Assembly: GCA_963742735.1 (NCBI GenBank)
Contig: CAVUMN010000004.1
Location: 384,001-448,000, forward strand
Direction of reading: 5' to 3'
DNA length: 64,000 nucleotides
From: an uncultured Actinomycetes bacterium
GTDB lineage: Bacteria > Actinomycetota > UBA4738 > JBBDTT01
Numbering within the stretch: the stretch's first letter is position 1; each line of letters starts with the position of its first letter. A program made the position numbers and the translations under genes. Of this stretch, positions 19,585-29,249 are shown one piece after another. Below the pieces are notes generated by a model. That model was not told where the DNA came from. It searched no databases and saw only the letters and a list, made by a program, of their open reading frames with translations.

Positions 19585-20156
19585 GCGGGTTCTCCGACGA
19601 GGAGCTCGTCCGCCGGTACCTGGACGGCGACGGCGGGGCGTTCGCCGACCTGGTCCGCCGGCACGAGACCCGCGTCTACAACCTGGCCTTCCGGCTGCTC
19701 GGCAACGCCGAGGACGCCCGCGAGGCCTCGCAGGAGGCCTTCCTGACCTGCGTCCGGAAGCTCCGCGGGTTCCGCGGCGACAGCCAGTTCGGGACGTGGC
19801 TGTACCGGGTGACCTCGAACGCGAGCTACGACCTGCTTCGGCGGCGAAAGCGCACCCCCACGCCGGTGGAGGAGCTCCCCGAGACCGAGACGCTCCACGA
19901 CGAGGCCGAGGGCGCGGCGGGCGCGATCGACGTCCAGCGCGCGCTCACGAAGGTCCCCGAGGAGTTCCGGCTCGTCCTGGTGATGCACGACGTGCAGGGG
20001 ATGCCGTACGAGGACATCGCCGAGGCCGTCGGGGTCCCGGTTGGTACCGTGAAATCCCGGCTGCACCGGGGCCGGGTGGCCCTCGGGCGGCTGCTCGGGG
20101 CTCCCGGGGAACAACCGGGGGGTCGCCGGGCGTCGAAGCGGGTTGAGGACACATGA
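19581..20156 (+). CDS. ECF sigma factor, SigM-like
   Basis: FRGDSQFGTWLYRV, VGVPVGTVKSRLHRGR; conserved position before trxB. Confidence 0.88.
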   Translation: MSGFSDEELVRRYLDGDGGAFADLVRRHETRVYNLAFRLLGNAEDAREASQEAFLTCVRKLRGFRGDSQFGTWLYRVTSNASYDLLRRRKRTPTPVEELPETETLHDEAEGAAGAIDVQRALTKVPEEFRLVLVMHDVQGMPYEDIAEAVGVPVGTVKSRLHRGRVALGRLLGAPGEQPGGRRASKRVEDT

Positions 20157-20902
20157 CCGAACGACACCCAGACGAGCTGCTCGGTCCTTTTGTGGACAAC
20201 GAGCTCGAAGCCGAGGAGCGCCGGCAGGTCCAGGCGCACCTCGACTCCTGCGCGCGCTGCACCGAGGAGGTCTTCCTGGCGAGCCGGGCTCAGACTGCGC
20301 TGGCCGCGCTCGAGGAGCTCCCCGCCCCCCTCGGCCTGGCGACGCCGGCCATCCAGCAGGCCCGGCCCCAGAAGCGCTGGGCCGGGAGGCTCCAGTGGGC
20401 CGCCGGAAGCGCGGCGGCCGCGGCTCTGGTCATCGCCATCGCGATCGTCGTGTGGCGCGGCTCCGACGTCGGACGCAGCGGAGACGCCGCGGCCCCCGCT
20501 GCCGAAAGCGCCACCAACGCCCCGGAGGAGGACGCCGGAGGTGCCCCGGCCCCGAACGCCGCCGATGCCCCCCCCTTCTACGTCGAGACGACCGCCGACT
20601 ACTCCCGGGAGGAGCTGGACTCCCTGGCCCGGGGAGACGACACCGTCGTCCTGGCGGAGGGCAACACCCTGGAGTACTCCGACGACCGGGCGTCCAAGCC
20701 GGTCGACGACGCGCTGGAGTGCGCGGGCGAGGCCGGCCTGCGCGCCGACGAGGGCTCCTCGCTCGACCGCATCGAGGCGGCGAGGTTCGAGGGCACCCGG
20801 GTGTACATCGTGTTCTCCACGGAAGAGAACGGCACCCACAACGTCTGGGTGGTCGACCGCGAGGCGTGCCAGATCCGTTACGTCGCGTCGAGCAGCGGAT
20901 AA
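20153..20902 (+). CDS. Zinc-finger (zf-HC2) anti-sigma factor
   Basis: HLDSCARC motif, single TM, extracellular domain. Confidence 0.88.
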   Translation: MTERHPDELLGPFVDNELEAEERRQVQAHLDSCARCTEEVFLASRAQTALAALEELPAPLGLATPAIQQARPQKRWAGRLQWAAGSAAAAALVIAIAIVVWRGSDVGRSGDAAAPAAESATNAPEEDAGGAPAPNAADAPPFYVETTADYSREELDSLARGDDTVVLAEGNTLEYSDDRASKPVDDALECAGEAGLRADEGSSLDRIEAARFEGTRVYIVFSTEENGTHNVWVVDREACQIRYVASSSG

Positions 20903-20908
20903 CCGGCC

Positions 20909-21634
20909 CTACGGCCGGCGCAGCACCACGAAGTGCGACAGGCCGAACCGCCGAACCGCCGTTCCCTCGGCCCGGTACAGCACCCGCCTCAGCCAGTTGC
21001 CGAACGCGGGGTTGCGGGCCACGATGTTGTCGAACCCCGGATAGACGTAGGTGTGGACGACGACGACCGCGTCCAGGCCCGAGGACAGCTTGCGCATGTC
21101 CCGTTCGGTGTAGGCCTTCGCGTGGGGGACGAGCTTGTTGCGCAGCTTGAGCGGCAGGTAGTTCACGAGCGGGATGTTCCCGAACTTGTACCGCTTGCCC
21201 ATGTAGATGCCGTGGGTCTCGAACGGGTACAGGCGGTTCGGCGCGTAGATCACGACGTGTCCGCCGCGGGAGACCACGCGGAGGCACTCCTGGAGGGTCT
21301 CGCGGTCGTCGCGGACGTGCTCGATCACCTCGTTCAGCAGGATGACGTCGAACGACTCGTCCTTGAACGGCAGGCTCTCCGATACCGCGGCGACCAGGTT
21401 CGGGACCGTCGACTCGCGCAGGCGCTTCTCGGAGATGTCGATGCCCGCGGAGAGCTTGGCGAGCTCCCTGATCCGCTTCACGTACGTCCCGATCCCACAC
21501 CCGACGTCGAGGAAGCGCGTCCCCTCGAGCGGCGCGAACCGTCGGATCAGGTTGAGCCGCCGCTCCTGCCCGAACCGCCAGACGTACGAAGGTTCGCCGA
21601 GCTCGGCAGCTTCCGGAGACGGGTTGTGGACCAC
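20909..21634 (-). CDS. Class I SAM-dependent methyltransferase
   Basis: FLDVGCGIG, LPFKDESFDVIL..EVIEHV; start estimated. Confidence 0.88.
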   Translation of the reverse strand: MVHNPSPEAAELGEPSYVWRFGQERRLNLIRRFAPLEGTRFLDVGCGIGTYVKRIRELAKLSAGIDISEKRLRESTVPNLVAAVSESLPFKDESFDVILLNEVIEHVRDDRETLQECLRVVSRGGHVVIYAPNRLYPFETHGIYMGKRYKFGNIPLVNYLPLKLRNKLVPHAKAYTERDMRKLSSGLDAVVVVHTYVYPGFDNIVARNPAFGNWLRRVLYRAEGTAVRRFGLSHFVVLRRP

Positions 21635-21696
21635 GGCCCGCCATCCTAGTCGAGGGGAATTCCCGCGCCCCTGAGCACGTTCTGGGCTGTGGGACA

Positions 21697-22632
21697 ATGC
21701 CAATCGTGGAGGAACGCAACGTCGTCATCCTGGGGTCGGGCCCGGCGGGCCTGACCGCCGCCCTCTACGCCGCCCGCGCCAACCTGAACCCGCTCGTGCT
21801 CAAGGGGATCGACGCCGGCGGCCAGCTCATGCTGACCACCGAGGTCGAGAACTACCCCGGCTTCCCCGACGCGATCATGGGCCCCGAGCTCATGGAGGCC
21901 ATGGAGAAGCAGGCCGCCCGCTTCGAGGCGGAGCTCCTGCACCAGGCCGCCACCAGGGTCGACTTCTCGAAGGCCCCGTTCGGCATCTGGGCCGGCGACG
22001 AGGAGTGGCGGGCCAAGACCGTGATCATCTCCACCGGCGCCTCGGCGAAGATGCTGGGCATCGAGTCCGAGCGCAAGCTCCTCGGCCACGGCGTCTCCAC
22101 CTGCGCGACGTGCGACGGCTTCTTCTTCCGCGGCCAGGAGCTCGCCGTGATCGGCGGCGGCGACTCGGCCATGGAGGAAGCCATCTTCCTGACCCGGTTC
22201 GCCACGAAGGTCACGATCGTCCACCGCCGCGACACCCTCCGAGCCTCGGCGATCATGATCGACCGCGCCAAGGCCAACGAGAAGATCGACTGGGCGTGGA
22301 ACTCCACCGTCGACGAGGTCCTGGGGGACGGCTCCGTGAGCGGCGTCCGGCTGAAGGACGTGAACACCGGCGACGCCCGCGACCTGGCGGTCAACGGCGT
22401 GTTCGTCGCCATCGGCCACACCCCGAACACCCAGCTCTTCGAGGGGCAGATCGACCTCCACGACAACGGCTACATCAAGGTGACCGAGCCGAGCATGGCC
22501 ACCAACGTCCCCGGCGTGTTCGCCTCGGGGGACTGCGTCGACTTCAGCTACCGGCAGGCGATCACCGCGGCCGGCATGGGGTGCAAGGCCGCGATGGACG
22601 CCGAGCGCTACCTCGAGACGCTCGGGCACTGA
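21697..22632 (+). CDS. trxB: Thioredoxin reductase
   Basis: GSGPAGLTAA, CATCDG, GGGDSAMEE, RQAITAAG. Confidence 0.97.
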   Translation: MPIVEERNVVILGSGPAGLTAALYAARANLNPLVLKGIDAGGQLMLTTEVENYPGFPDAIMGPELMEAMEKQAARFEAELLHQAATRVDFSKAPFGIWAGDEEWRAKTVIISTGASAKMLGIESERKLLGHGVSTCATCDGFFFRGQELAVIGGGDSAMEEAIFLTRFATKVTIVHRRDTLRASAIMIDRAKANEKIDWAWNSTVDEVLGDGSVSGVRLKDVNTGDARDLAVNGVFVAIGHTPNTQLFEGQIDLHDNGYIKVTEPSMATNVPGVFASGDCVDFSYRQAITAAGMGCKAAMDAERYLETLGH

Positions 22633-22633
22633 C

Positions 22634-23335
22634 GTGCGCCGCGTCCTGATCGCGGCCCTCCTGCTCGCGGGGGTCCTCGCTCCCGGCCCATCGGTCCGAT
22701 CCGTGCAGGCCCAGCCCGCGCCGCTGATCCCCGAGCCCGGGTACCACCGCCCGGTCGAGGTGGACGGCAAGGTCTTCCCCGTGGCCCGCTCCAACTTCTT
22801 CGCCCAGACCTACTTCTTCGACGGCTGGCACGACCCGCGGTTCCGCTACATCGACGGGAAGTGGCAGCTGGTCGGTGTCCACGAGGGCATCGACATCGTC
22901 GCCGAGAAGGGGACGCCGCTCCTGGCGTACATGGACGGCGTCATCGAGAACGTCGGCTGGACGTTCTACTCGGGCATGCGGATCGGGCTGCGCGGCGACG
23001 ACGGGAAGTACTACCTGTACTGCCACGTCTCCGAGGTCCTCACCTCGATCGGGCGCCGGGTCTCCGCGGGGGACGTCATCGCCCTCGTCGGGAACAGCGG
23101 CTACGGCGAGGAGTGGACCGAGGACCAGTTCATCCCCCACCTGCACTTCGGGATCCTGACGTCGGACTGGGTAAACCCCTATCCGGAGCTCGTTTCGCTG
23201 TACCGTGCGGCGGTGGACGCCGGTCACGACGGTGAGGCCCGCCTTGCCGAGCTGGCGGCGGCGAACGACGCGAAGGGATGGCACGCGCTGGCGGATGAGC
23301 TGTACACGACGTTCGGAATACCCCTCCCGGCGTGA
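22634..23335 (+). CDS. Secreted M23 family metallopeptidase
   Basis: HEGID and PHLHFG zinc motifs; signal peptide. Confidence 0.88.
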   Translation: MRRVLIAALLLAGVLAPGPSVRSVQAQPAPLIPEPGYHRPVEVDGKVFPVARSNFFAQTYFFDGWHDPRFRYIDGKWQLVGVHEGIDIVAEKGTPLLAYMDGVIENVGWTFYSGMRIGLRGDDGKYYLYCHVSEVLTSIGRRVSAGDVIALVGNSGYGEEWTEDQFIPHLHFGILTSDWVNPYPELVSLYRAAVDAGHDGEARLAELAAANDAKGWHALADELYTTFGIPLPA

Positions 23336-23392
23336 GGGTTGTTCCAAGGAGCGGCGCTCGCCCGCGAGCGCCCGAACAAGGAGAAAACGACG

Positions 23393-23722
23393 ATGAGTGA
23401 AACCGTGGCCCACGTGAACGACGGGGACTTCCAGGCCCAGGTGCTGGACTCGGAGACCCCCGTGCTCGTCGACTTCTGGGCCGATTGGTGCGTCCCGTGT
23501 CACATGGTGTCCCCCGTGGTCGAGGAGATTGCTCGCGAGAAGGGCGACAAGCTCGTGGTCCGCAAGATGAACGTGGACGACAACCCCGACGTCCCCCGGA
23601 AGTACGGCGTGATGAGCATCCCCACGCTGATCGTCTTCCACGGCGGCGAGGAGAAAGCCCGCGTCATCGGCGCCCGCGGGAAGGACCAGATCCTCAAGGA
23701 GATCGAGCCGCACCTGGCCTAG
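23393..23722 (+). CDS. trxA: Thioredoxin
   Basis: VDFWADWCVPC, SIPTL; AAGGAG RBS. Confidence 0.95.
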   Translation: MSETVAHVNDGDFQAQVLDSETPVLVDFWADWCVPCHMVSPVVEEIAREKGDKLVVRKMNVDDNPDVPRKYGVMSIPTLIVFHGGEEKARVIGARGKDQILKEIEPHLA

Positions 23723-23788
23723 CCGACGGGAGCCGCGAGGTTCCCATTCCCCTACCCCTCGCCCGGGGCCACTCCTTAGACTGCCCGC

Positions 23789-24892
23789 GTGAGAGCCATC
23801 CGTACCGGTGACGAGGGCGACGACGTCCGCGACGTCCAGGCGCGCCTGGCGGGCCAGGGCCATCGGACCGAGCCCGACGACGCGGGCCGCTTCGGCCCGA
23901 ACACCGAGGCCGCCGTCCGCACGTTCCAGCAGGCCCGGGGGCTGGTCGTGGATGGGATCGTCGGCGCCGGCACGTGGACCGAGCTGGTCGACGCCGGCTA
24001 CGGCCTGGGCGACCGGACCCTCTACCTGCACTACCCCTACCTGCACGGCGACGACGTCGGCGAGCTCCAGCGGCGCCTGGACGCGCTGGGGTTCGACCCC
24101 GGCCGCCACGACGGGATCTTCGGGGACCGAACCGAGCGGGCCCTGCGCGAGTTCCAGCGCAACGTCGGCCTGCCCGAGGACGGCATCGTCGGCGCCACCA
24201 CCATCCAGGCGTTCGGGCGCCTGAAGACCGGCGTCGAGGGCCCCGGTCGCGCCTCGGTCCGCGAGGCCGAGTCGGTCAGCCGGCTCGAGACCAGCCTGCT
24301 CGGGGCACTGATCGCCATCGACCCCGGCCACGGGCCCGAGGAGCCCGGCGGCGTGGGCCCGACCGGGCTCACCGAGGCCGAGGCCACCCTGGACATCGCC
24401 CGCGAGCTCGAGCGGGAGCTCCGCACCCGCGGCGCCGAGCCCATGCTCCTGCGCGGGGATCGCGACGACCCCTCGATCCGCGACCGGGCCGAGATCGCCA
24501 ACCGGGAGGGCGTCGAGGTCGTGCTCTCGATCCACCTGAACACCAACCGCGGCCCCGGGGCGGAGGGCGCCTCCGTCTACTACTTCGGCCGCGCCGAGTC
24601 GGTGTCGCTCACCGGCCAGCGGCTGGCCGACGTGATCCTGGAGGAGCTGACCGCGCGGATGGGGCTGACCGACGGCCGGACCCATCCCAAGGCGTTCCCC
24701 ATGCTCCGCGAGACCCGCATGCCCGCCGTGCAGATCGAGCCGTGCTTCATCACCAACCCTCGCGAGGAGGCCCTGCTGCGCGAGGAGGCGTTCCGCAAGG
24801 ACATCGCCATCGCCGTGGCCGAGGCCCTGGAGCGGTTCTTCGGCTCGGCCCGGGACCTGGAGCCCGGCGAGCCGGAGGGGCTGGGAGCCTAG
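23789..24892 (+). CDS. CwlM-like N-acetylmuramoyl-L-alanine amidase with two PG-binding domains
   Basis: Two FQ...GL..DGIVG..T repeats; IDPGHG, SIHLN, LRETRMPAVQIEP. Confidence 0.9.
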   Translation: MRAIRTGDEGDDVRDVQARLAGQGHRTEPDDAGRFGPNTEAAVRTFQQARGLVVDGIVGAGTWTELVDAGYGLGDRTLYLHYPYLHGDDVGELQRRLDALGFDPGRHDGIFGDRTERALREFQRNVGLPEDGIVGATTIQAFGRLKTGVEGPGRASVREAESVSRLETSLLGALIAIDPGHGPEEPGGVGPTGLTEAEATLDIARELERELRTRGAEPMLLRGDRDDPSIRDRAEIANREGVEVVLSIHLNTNRGPGAEGASVYYFGRAESVSLTGQRLADVILEELTARMGLTDGRTHPKAFPMLRETRMPAVQIEPCFITNPREEALLREEAFRKDIAIAVAEALERFFGSARDLEPGEPEGLGA

Positions 24893-25476
24893 GCCAGGCC
24901 CGGCTCGGGGACCGCCGCGGGCACGGACACCGACGCGCGGGCCATGGCGGGCTCGGGCGTCACCGTGGCGCGCAAGTCCAGGCGCATGAGGGGGAACCGG
25001 GGGTCCTCACGAACCACGGTGAACCCGTTCGCCGCCAGGAACTCGACCGGCAGGATCCAGCCGCCGGCCCACTCCCGCTCGCCGAGGGCCTCGAGGGCCT
25101 CGTAGCCGCGGTCGACCAGGTCGCGGGCCACCGCGCGGATGAGCGAGGTCCCGTGGCCGCGGTTTCGGCGCTTGCGGACGACGAAGCAGTTCGCCAGGTA
25201 CACGGCCATGCACACCTTGCCCGCCCGGAAGTGCTGGAGGCGGGGGAACAGCGGCGCCGGTCCGTACTGGGCGAAGCCCTCGGAGTCCTCGCCGTCCACG
25301 ACGAGCTTGCCGCACGGCCCCCACTCCAGGAGCGTCGTGGAGAACCACTCCTCCTTCTGGAACCGAGCGTCGGCGCCCTCGACGTCGTCGGCGAGCTCCC
25401 AGAAGCACGACTCGAGGACCTCGGAGGGAAGGCGGGGCAGCACGTCGAGCGTCACGTCGAGGATGCGACGGCTCAC
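24889..25476 (-). CDS. GNAT family acetyltransferase (Rv3916c-like)
   Basis: CFWEL, KEEWFS..LLEWGPCG, RG..ALEA; conserved position. Confidence 0.8.
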   Translation of the reverse strand: MSRRILDVTLDVLPRLPSEVLESCFWELADDVEGADARFQKEEWFSTTLLEWGPCGKLVVDGEDSEGFAQYGPAPLFPRLQHFRAGKVCMAVYLANCFVVRKRRNRGHGTSLIRAVARDLVDRGYEALEALGEREWAGGWILPVEFLAANGFTVVREDPRFPLMRLDLRATVTPEPAMARASVSVPAAVPEPGLA

Positions 25477-25483
25477 GGGGCGC

Positions 25484-25591
25484 TCAGGGGTTCTTCGAGC
25501 GCCGACCGAGGATCAGCGCGACGAACAGGCCGAGGATGGCCCCGAGTGCGAAGGCCTTCGCGCCGCGACGGATCTCCTGGCGATCGGGCAT
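25484..25591 (-). CDS. 35-aa single-pass membrane peptide
   Basis: MPDRQEIRRGAKAFALGAILGLFVALILGRRSKNP; fills the gap ahead of the GNAT gene. Confidence 0.5.
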   Translation of the reverse strand: MPDRQEIRRGAKAFALGAILGLFVALILGRRSKNP

Positions 25592-25667
25592 CCGCCGCCG
25601 AGGGTACGCCGACGCGAGGGTCGCGTCCACCGACGCCCGAGGGCGCGCTGGTACCATCGGCGGTCCC

Positions 25668-26903
25668 ATGGCGGAGTTCGGAATCGACCCGTTCACCGAC
25701 CTCTACGCCGAGCGAGCCAAGGGCATGTCGGCGTCGGCGGTGCGCGCCCTGTTCGCGGTGGCCTCGCGCCCGGAGGTCATCTCGCTGGCGGGCGGCTCTC
25801 CGTACGTGCACGCGCTCCCCCAGGAGCGCGTCCTGGAGGCGGCGCGACGCGCGATCGTCGAGCGGGGTGACGTGGCGCTGCAGTACGGCGGCGGCCAGGG
25901 ACATCTGGGGCTGCGAGAGCAGCTCGTGAAGGTGATGGCCGCGGAGGGCGTCGCCGCCGACCCGGAACACCTGGTGATCACCGAGGGCGCGCAGGAGGCC
26001 CTCGACATCATCGGGAAGATCTTCGTCGACCCCGGCGACACGATCGCCATCGAGGCGCCGGCCTACGTCGGCGGCCTGTCGGCGTTCAGCACGTACCAGC
26101 CCCGCTACCTGCAGATCCCCCTGGACGACGACGGGATGATCGTCGAGGCGCTCGAGGAGGCCCTGATCCGCGGCGAGCGTCCCAAGTTCGTGTACACGGT
26201 GCCGAACTTCCACAACCCGGCCGGTGTGACGCTGTCCTACGAGCGTCGCGTTCGGCTGATCACGCTTTGCCGCGAGGCCGGCATCCCCATCCTCGAGGAC
26301 AACCCGTACGGGATGCTCCGCTTCGACGGCGAGGAGCTGCCCACCCTTCGCTCGATGGATCCGGAGAACGTCATCTACCTGGGGACGGTCTCGAAGGTGT
26401 TCGCGCCCGGTGTGCGCATCGGGTGGATCCTGGGCGGAGAGGGGCTGATCCAGCGCGCGGTGCTGCAGAAGGAGGCGGCCAGCCTGTGCTCGAGCCACCT
26501 CACCCAGCTGATCACCGAGGAGTACTTCGCCCAGGGCGATGACTGGCGCGAGGGCGTCGCCGGGTTCGTCGAGGTGTACCGCTCCCGGCGCGACGCGATG
26601 CTCCGGGCTCTGGAGACGCACTTCCCCGAGGGGTCCACCTGGACCCATCCGAGGGGCGGCTTCTTCGTGTGGGCGACGGTGCCCTCACACATCGACACCA
26701 CCGAGCTGCTGGTCACGGCGGTCGAGCGACTGGTGGCCTACGTGCCGGGCGCGGCGTTCTACCCGGACGGCTCGGGACGCGACAAGATGCGCCTGGCGTT
26801 CTGCCTGGCTCCCGAGGCGGCGATCGAGGAGGGCATCCACCGCCTCGGGGATCTGCTGGCGGAGAAGACCGAGCTCTTCAAGTCGCTCAGCTCACGGGCC
26901 TGA
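25668..26903 (+). CDS. PLP-dependent aminotransferase (class I/II, LysN-like)
   Basis: ISLAGGSP, PNFHNPAG, EDNPYG, GTVSKVFAPGVRIGW. Confidence 0.92.
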   Translation: MAEFGIDPFTDLYAERAKGMSASAVRALFAVASRPEVISLAGGSPYVHALPQERVLEAARRAIVERGDVALQYGGGQGHLGLREQLVKVMAAEGVAADPEHLVITEGAQEALDIIGKIFVDPGDTIAIEAPAYVGGLSAFSTYQPRYLQIPLDDDGMIVEALEEALIRGERPKFVYTVPNFHNPAGVTLSYERRVRLITLCREAGIPILEDNPYGMLRFDGEELPTLRSMDPENVIYLGTVSKVFAPGVRIGWILGGEGLIQRAVLQKEAASLCSSHLTQLITEEYFAQGDDWREGVAGFVEVYRSRRDAMLRALETHFPEGSTWTHPRGGFFVWATVPSHIDTTELLVTAVERLVAYVPGAAFYPDGSGRDKMRLAFCLAPEAAIEEGIHRLGDLLAEKTELFKSLSSRA

Positions 26904-26907
26904 ACGA

Positions 26908-27810
26908 CTAGACCGGCGCTCCCCCGTCCTCGGGGTCGTCCGTCTCCGGCGCCATCCCCGGGCCGGACCCGATGATCTCCGAGACGATCCGCTCCAGGTC
27001 CTCGCGCCCCGAGAACTCCACGATGATCTTGCCCCGGCGCTTCCCCAGCTTGACCAGGACCTTGGTGGCCAGCTGCTCGGACAGGATCTCCTCGACCTCG
27101 GCCACGGCCGGGTCGGTGTCCACGAGCTTCGGCGTGGGGGCGGCGACCGCGGGGTGCTCGGTGTAGGAGCGGACCAGCTCCTCGACCTGGCGCACGGACA
27201 GGCCCTCGGCCGCGGCCCGCAGCGCCAGCGCCGACTGGGACTCGGCGTCGGGCAGTGAAAGCAGCGCACGAGCGTGCCCCGCGCTCAGGCTGCCCTCGGC
27301 GAGCATCCGCTGGATGTCGCCGGGGAGCTGCAGCAGCCGGATCGTGTTCGCGATGTGGGCCCGGGAGTAGCCGAGGCGCTCGGCGAGCGTCTCCTGGCTG
27401 ACGCCCAGGTCCTCCAGGAGCTCCTGGAACGCCGAGGCGAGCTCGAGCGGGGCCAGGTCCTCGCGGTGGATGTTCTCGATGAGGGCCTCGCGGAGGCTCT
27501 CCGTCTCGTCGGACTCGCGGACGACGGCGGGGATCGTGGCCAGGCCGGCCATGCGCGCGGCGCGCAGGCGCCGCTCCCCGGCCACCAGCTCGTAGCCGTC
27601 GGCGCGCTTGCGCACGACGACGGGCTGGAGCACGCCCACCTCCTGGATCGAACGGGCGAGCGCGGCCAGCGCCTCGTCCTCGAACGCCTCACGCGGCTGC
27701 CGTGGGTTCGGCGCGATCGCGTGGACGGGCACCTCGAGCAGGCCGCTCTCCTCGGTCGCGCCGGGGATGAGGGCCGAGAGCCCCTTTCCGAGGCCTCCGC
27801 GCCTGTTCAC
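26908..27810 (-). CDS. parB: Chromosome partitioning protein ParB
   Basis: GLGKGLSALIP, PNPRQPR, LVAGERRLRA, ENIHREDL, GHARALL. Confidence 0.96.
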   Translation of the reverse strand: MNRRGGLGKGLSALIPGATEESGLLEVPVHAIAPNPRQPREAFEDEALAALARSIQEVGVLQPVVVRKRADGYELVAGERRLRAARMAGLATIPAVVRESDETESLREALIENIHREDLAPLELASAFQELLEDLGVSQETLAERLGYSRAHIANTIRLLQLPGDIQRMLAEGSLSAGHARALLSLPDAESQSALALRAAAEGLSVRQVEELVRSYTEHPAVAAPTPKLVDTDPAVAEVEEILSEQLATKVLVKLGKRRGKIIVEFSGREDLERIVSEIIGSGPGMAPETDDPEDGGAPV

Positions 27811-29249
27811 TCCTCGCCTCCTTCCCGCCTCCGGAACAACGGCCGGCGGCGACGTCTCTCCTCATCGGTGGTGGATTCGGTGGACTCCGGCCTCGGCTCG
27901 GCCGCGGGGGACTCGTCGGGCGGTGGAAGCTCCACAGGGGCCGGTGCGGTCGGTTCGACTGGTTCGACCGCTTCTGGCACGCGAGCGGGGGGTGGAGCGG
28001 CGATCGGCACGGGCTCGGGCTCGGCTGCGTCCTCGGTCTCGTCGTCGAGGTCCTCCTCGGGAGCATGCGCCTCCTCCTCGGTCCTGGCCGGCATGATCAC
28101 CGCGGGGAGGTCCTCGTCGCCCACCGGCACCGGGGCCATACCGTCGTCGCGGGGCCGCTGCACGACCTCACGGGCCAGCGCCCGGTAGACCTGCGCGCCC
28201 TTCGAGGTGGGGTCGTACGTGGTGATTGGCTGCCCGTAGCCGGGCGCCTCCGACAACCTGACCGTGCGAGGTATGACCGTATCATACACTCTCGATCCGA
28301 AGTACCTCCGGACCTCCGCGACCACCTGCTCGGCGAGCTTCGTCCGCGAGTCGTACATCGTGAGCACGATCCCGGACAGCCGGAGCTTGGGATTGACGTT
28401 CTGCTGCACCAGGCGGACGTTACGGAGCAGCTGGCCGAGGCCCTCGAGCGCGTAATACTCGCACTGGATCGGCACGATCAGCTCGGTCGCCGCGGTCAGG
28501 GCGTTCACCGTGAGCAGCCCAAGCGACGGTGGGCAGTCCAGGATCACGAAGTCGTAGGCGGCCTTGATCGGGTCCAGGGCCCGGGTCAGGCGGGTCTCCC
28601 GGGAGAACTGGCTGACGAGCTCGATCTCCGCCCCGGCCAGGTCGATCGTGGAGGGTATGGCCGACAGGTTGGGGACCTCGGTGTCCACGACCGCGTCCTC
28701 CGCCGGCACGCCCGCGGTGAGCACCTGATACGTGCTCACCTCCCGGCGGGTGTGGTCGATCCCCATCCCGGTCGACGCGTTGCCTTGGGGATCCAGGTCG
28801 ACCACCAGGACCCGCTGGCCCAGTTCGGCGAGCGCCGCGCCGAGGTTCACCGAGGTCGTGCTCTTGCCCACCCCGCCCTTCTGGTTGGCGACCGCGATCA
28901 CGCGCGAACCCTCGACCATCGGTCGAGGTTCACCGCCCTCGTCTCCCGTCGCCGCGGCCGGTGCGGGTTCCTCCACCACCTGGATGGGCGGGGGCGCGTC
29001 CGGGGGTGGCTCGGGGCGTTCTATCGGTTCAGGAGGCTTGACCGGTTCCGGCGAGTCCGGTGGGGCGGGCTCGGGCTCGATGGGGGGCGTTGGCACCGGC
29101 TCGATCGGGGCCGGCTCGGCGGGAGGCTCGTCCGGGGGCTGCTCCGGCTCGGGCTCGGGGGCGGTCTCCGCCCGGGTGGCCTCGGCCGGGGTCGCCCTCG
29201 GCTCGGGAGGGGGGGTGAAGGCCGTCACGGAGGTGGGTTCGTCAGACAC
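27807..29249 (-). CDS. parA: Chromosome partitioning ATPase ParA with long Pro/Glu-rich extensions
   Basis: ANQKGGVGKSTT, DLDPQGNAS, DCPPSLG, PIQCEYYALEGL, IPRTVRLSEAP; start estimated. Confidence 0.93.
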   Translation of the reverse strand: MSDEPTSVTAFTPPPEPRATPAEATRAETAPEPEPEQPPDEPPAEPAPIEPVPTPPIEPEPAPPDSPEPVKPPEPIERPEPPPDAPPPIQVVEEPAPAAATGDEGGEPRPMVEGSRVIAVANQKGGVGKSTTSVNLGAALAELGQRVLVVDLDPQGNASTGMGIDHTRREVSTYQVLTAGVPAEDAVVDTEVPNLSAIPSTIDLAGAEIELVSQFSRETRLTRALDPIKAAYDFVILDCPPSLGLLTVNALTAATELIVPIQCEYYALEGLGQLLRNVRLVQQNVNPKLRLSGIVLTMYDSRTKLAEQVVAEVRRYFGSRVYDTVIPRTVRLSEAPGYGQPITTYDPTSKGAQVYRALAREVVQRPRDDGMAPVPVGDEDLPAVIMPARTEEEAHAPEEDLDDETEDAAEPEPVPIAAPPPARVPEAVEPVEPTAPAPVELPPPDESPAAEPRPESTESTTDEERRRRRPLFRRREGGEE

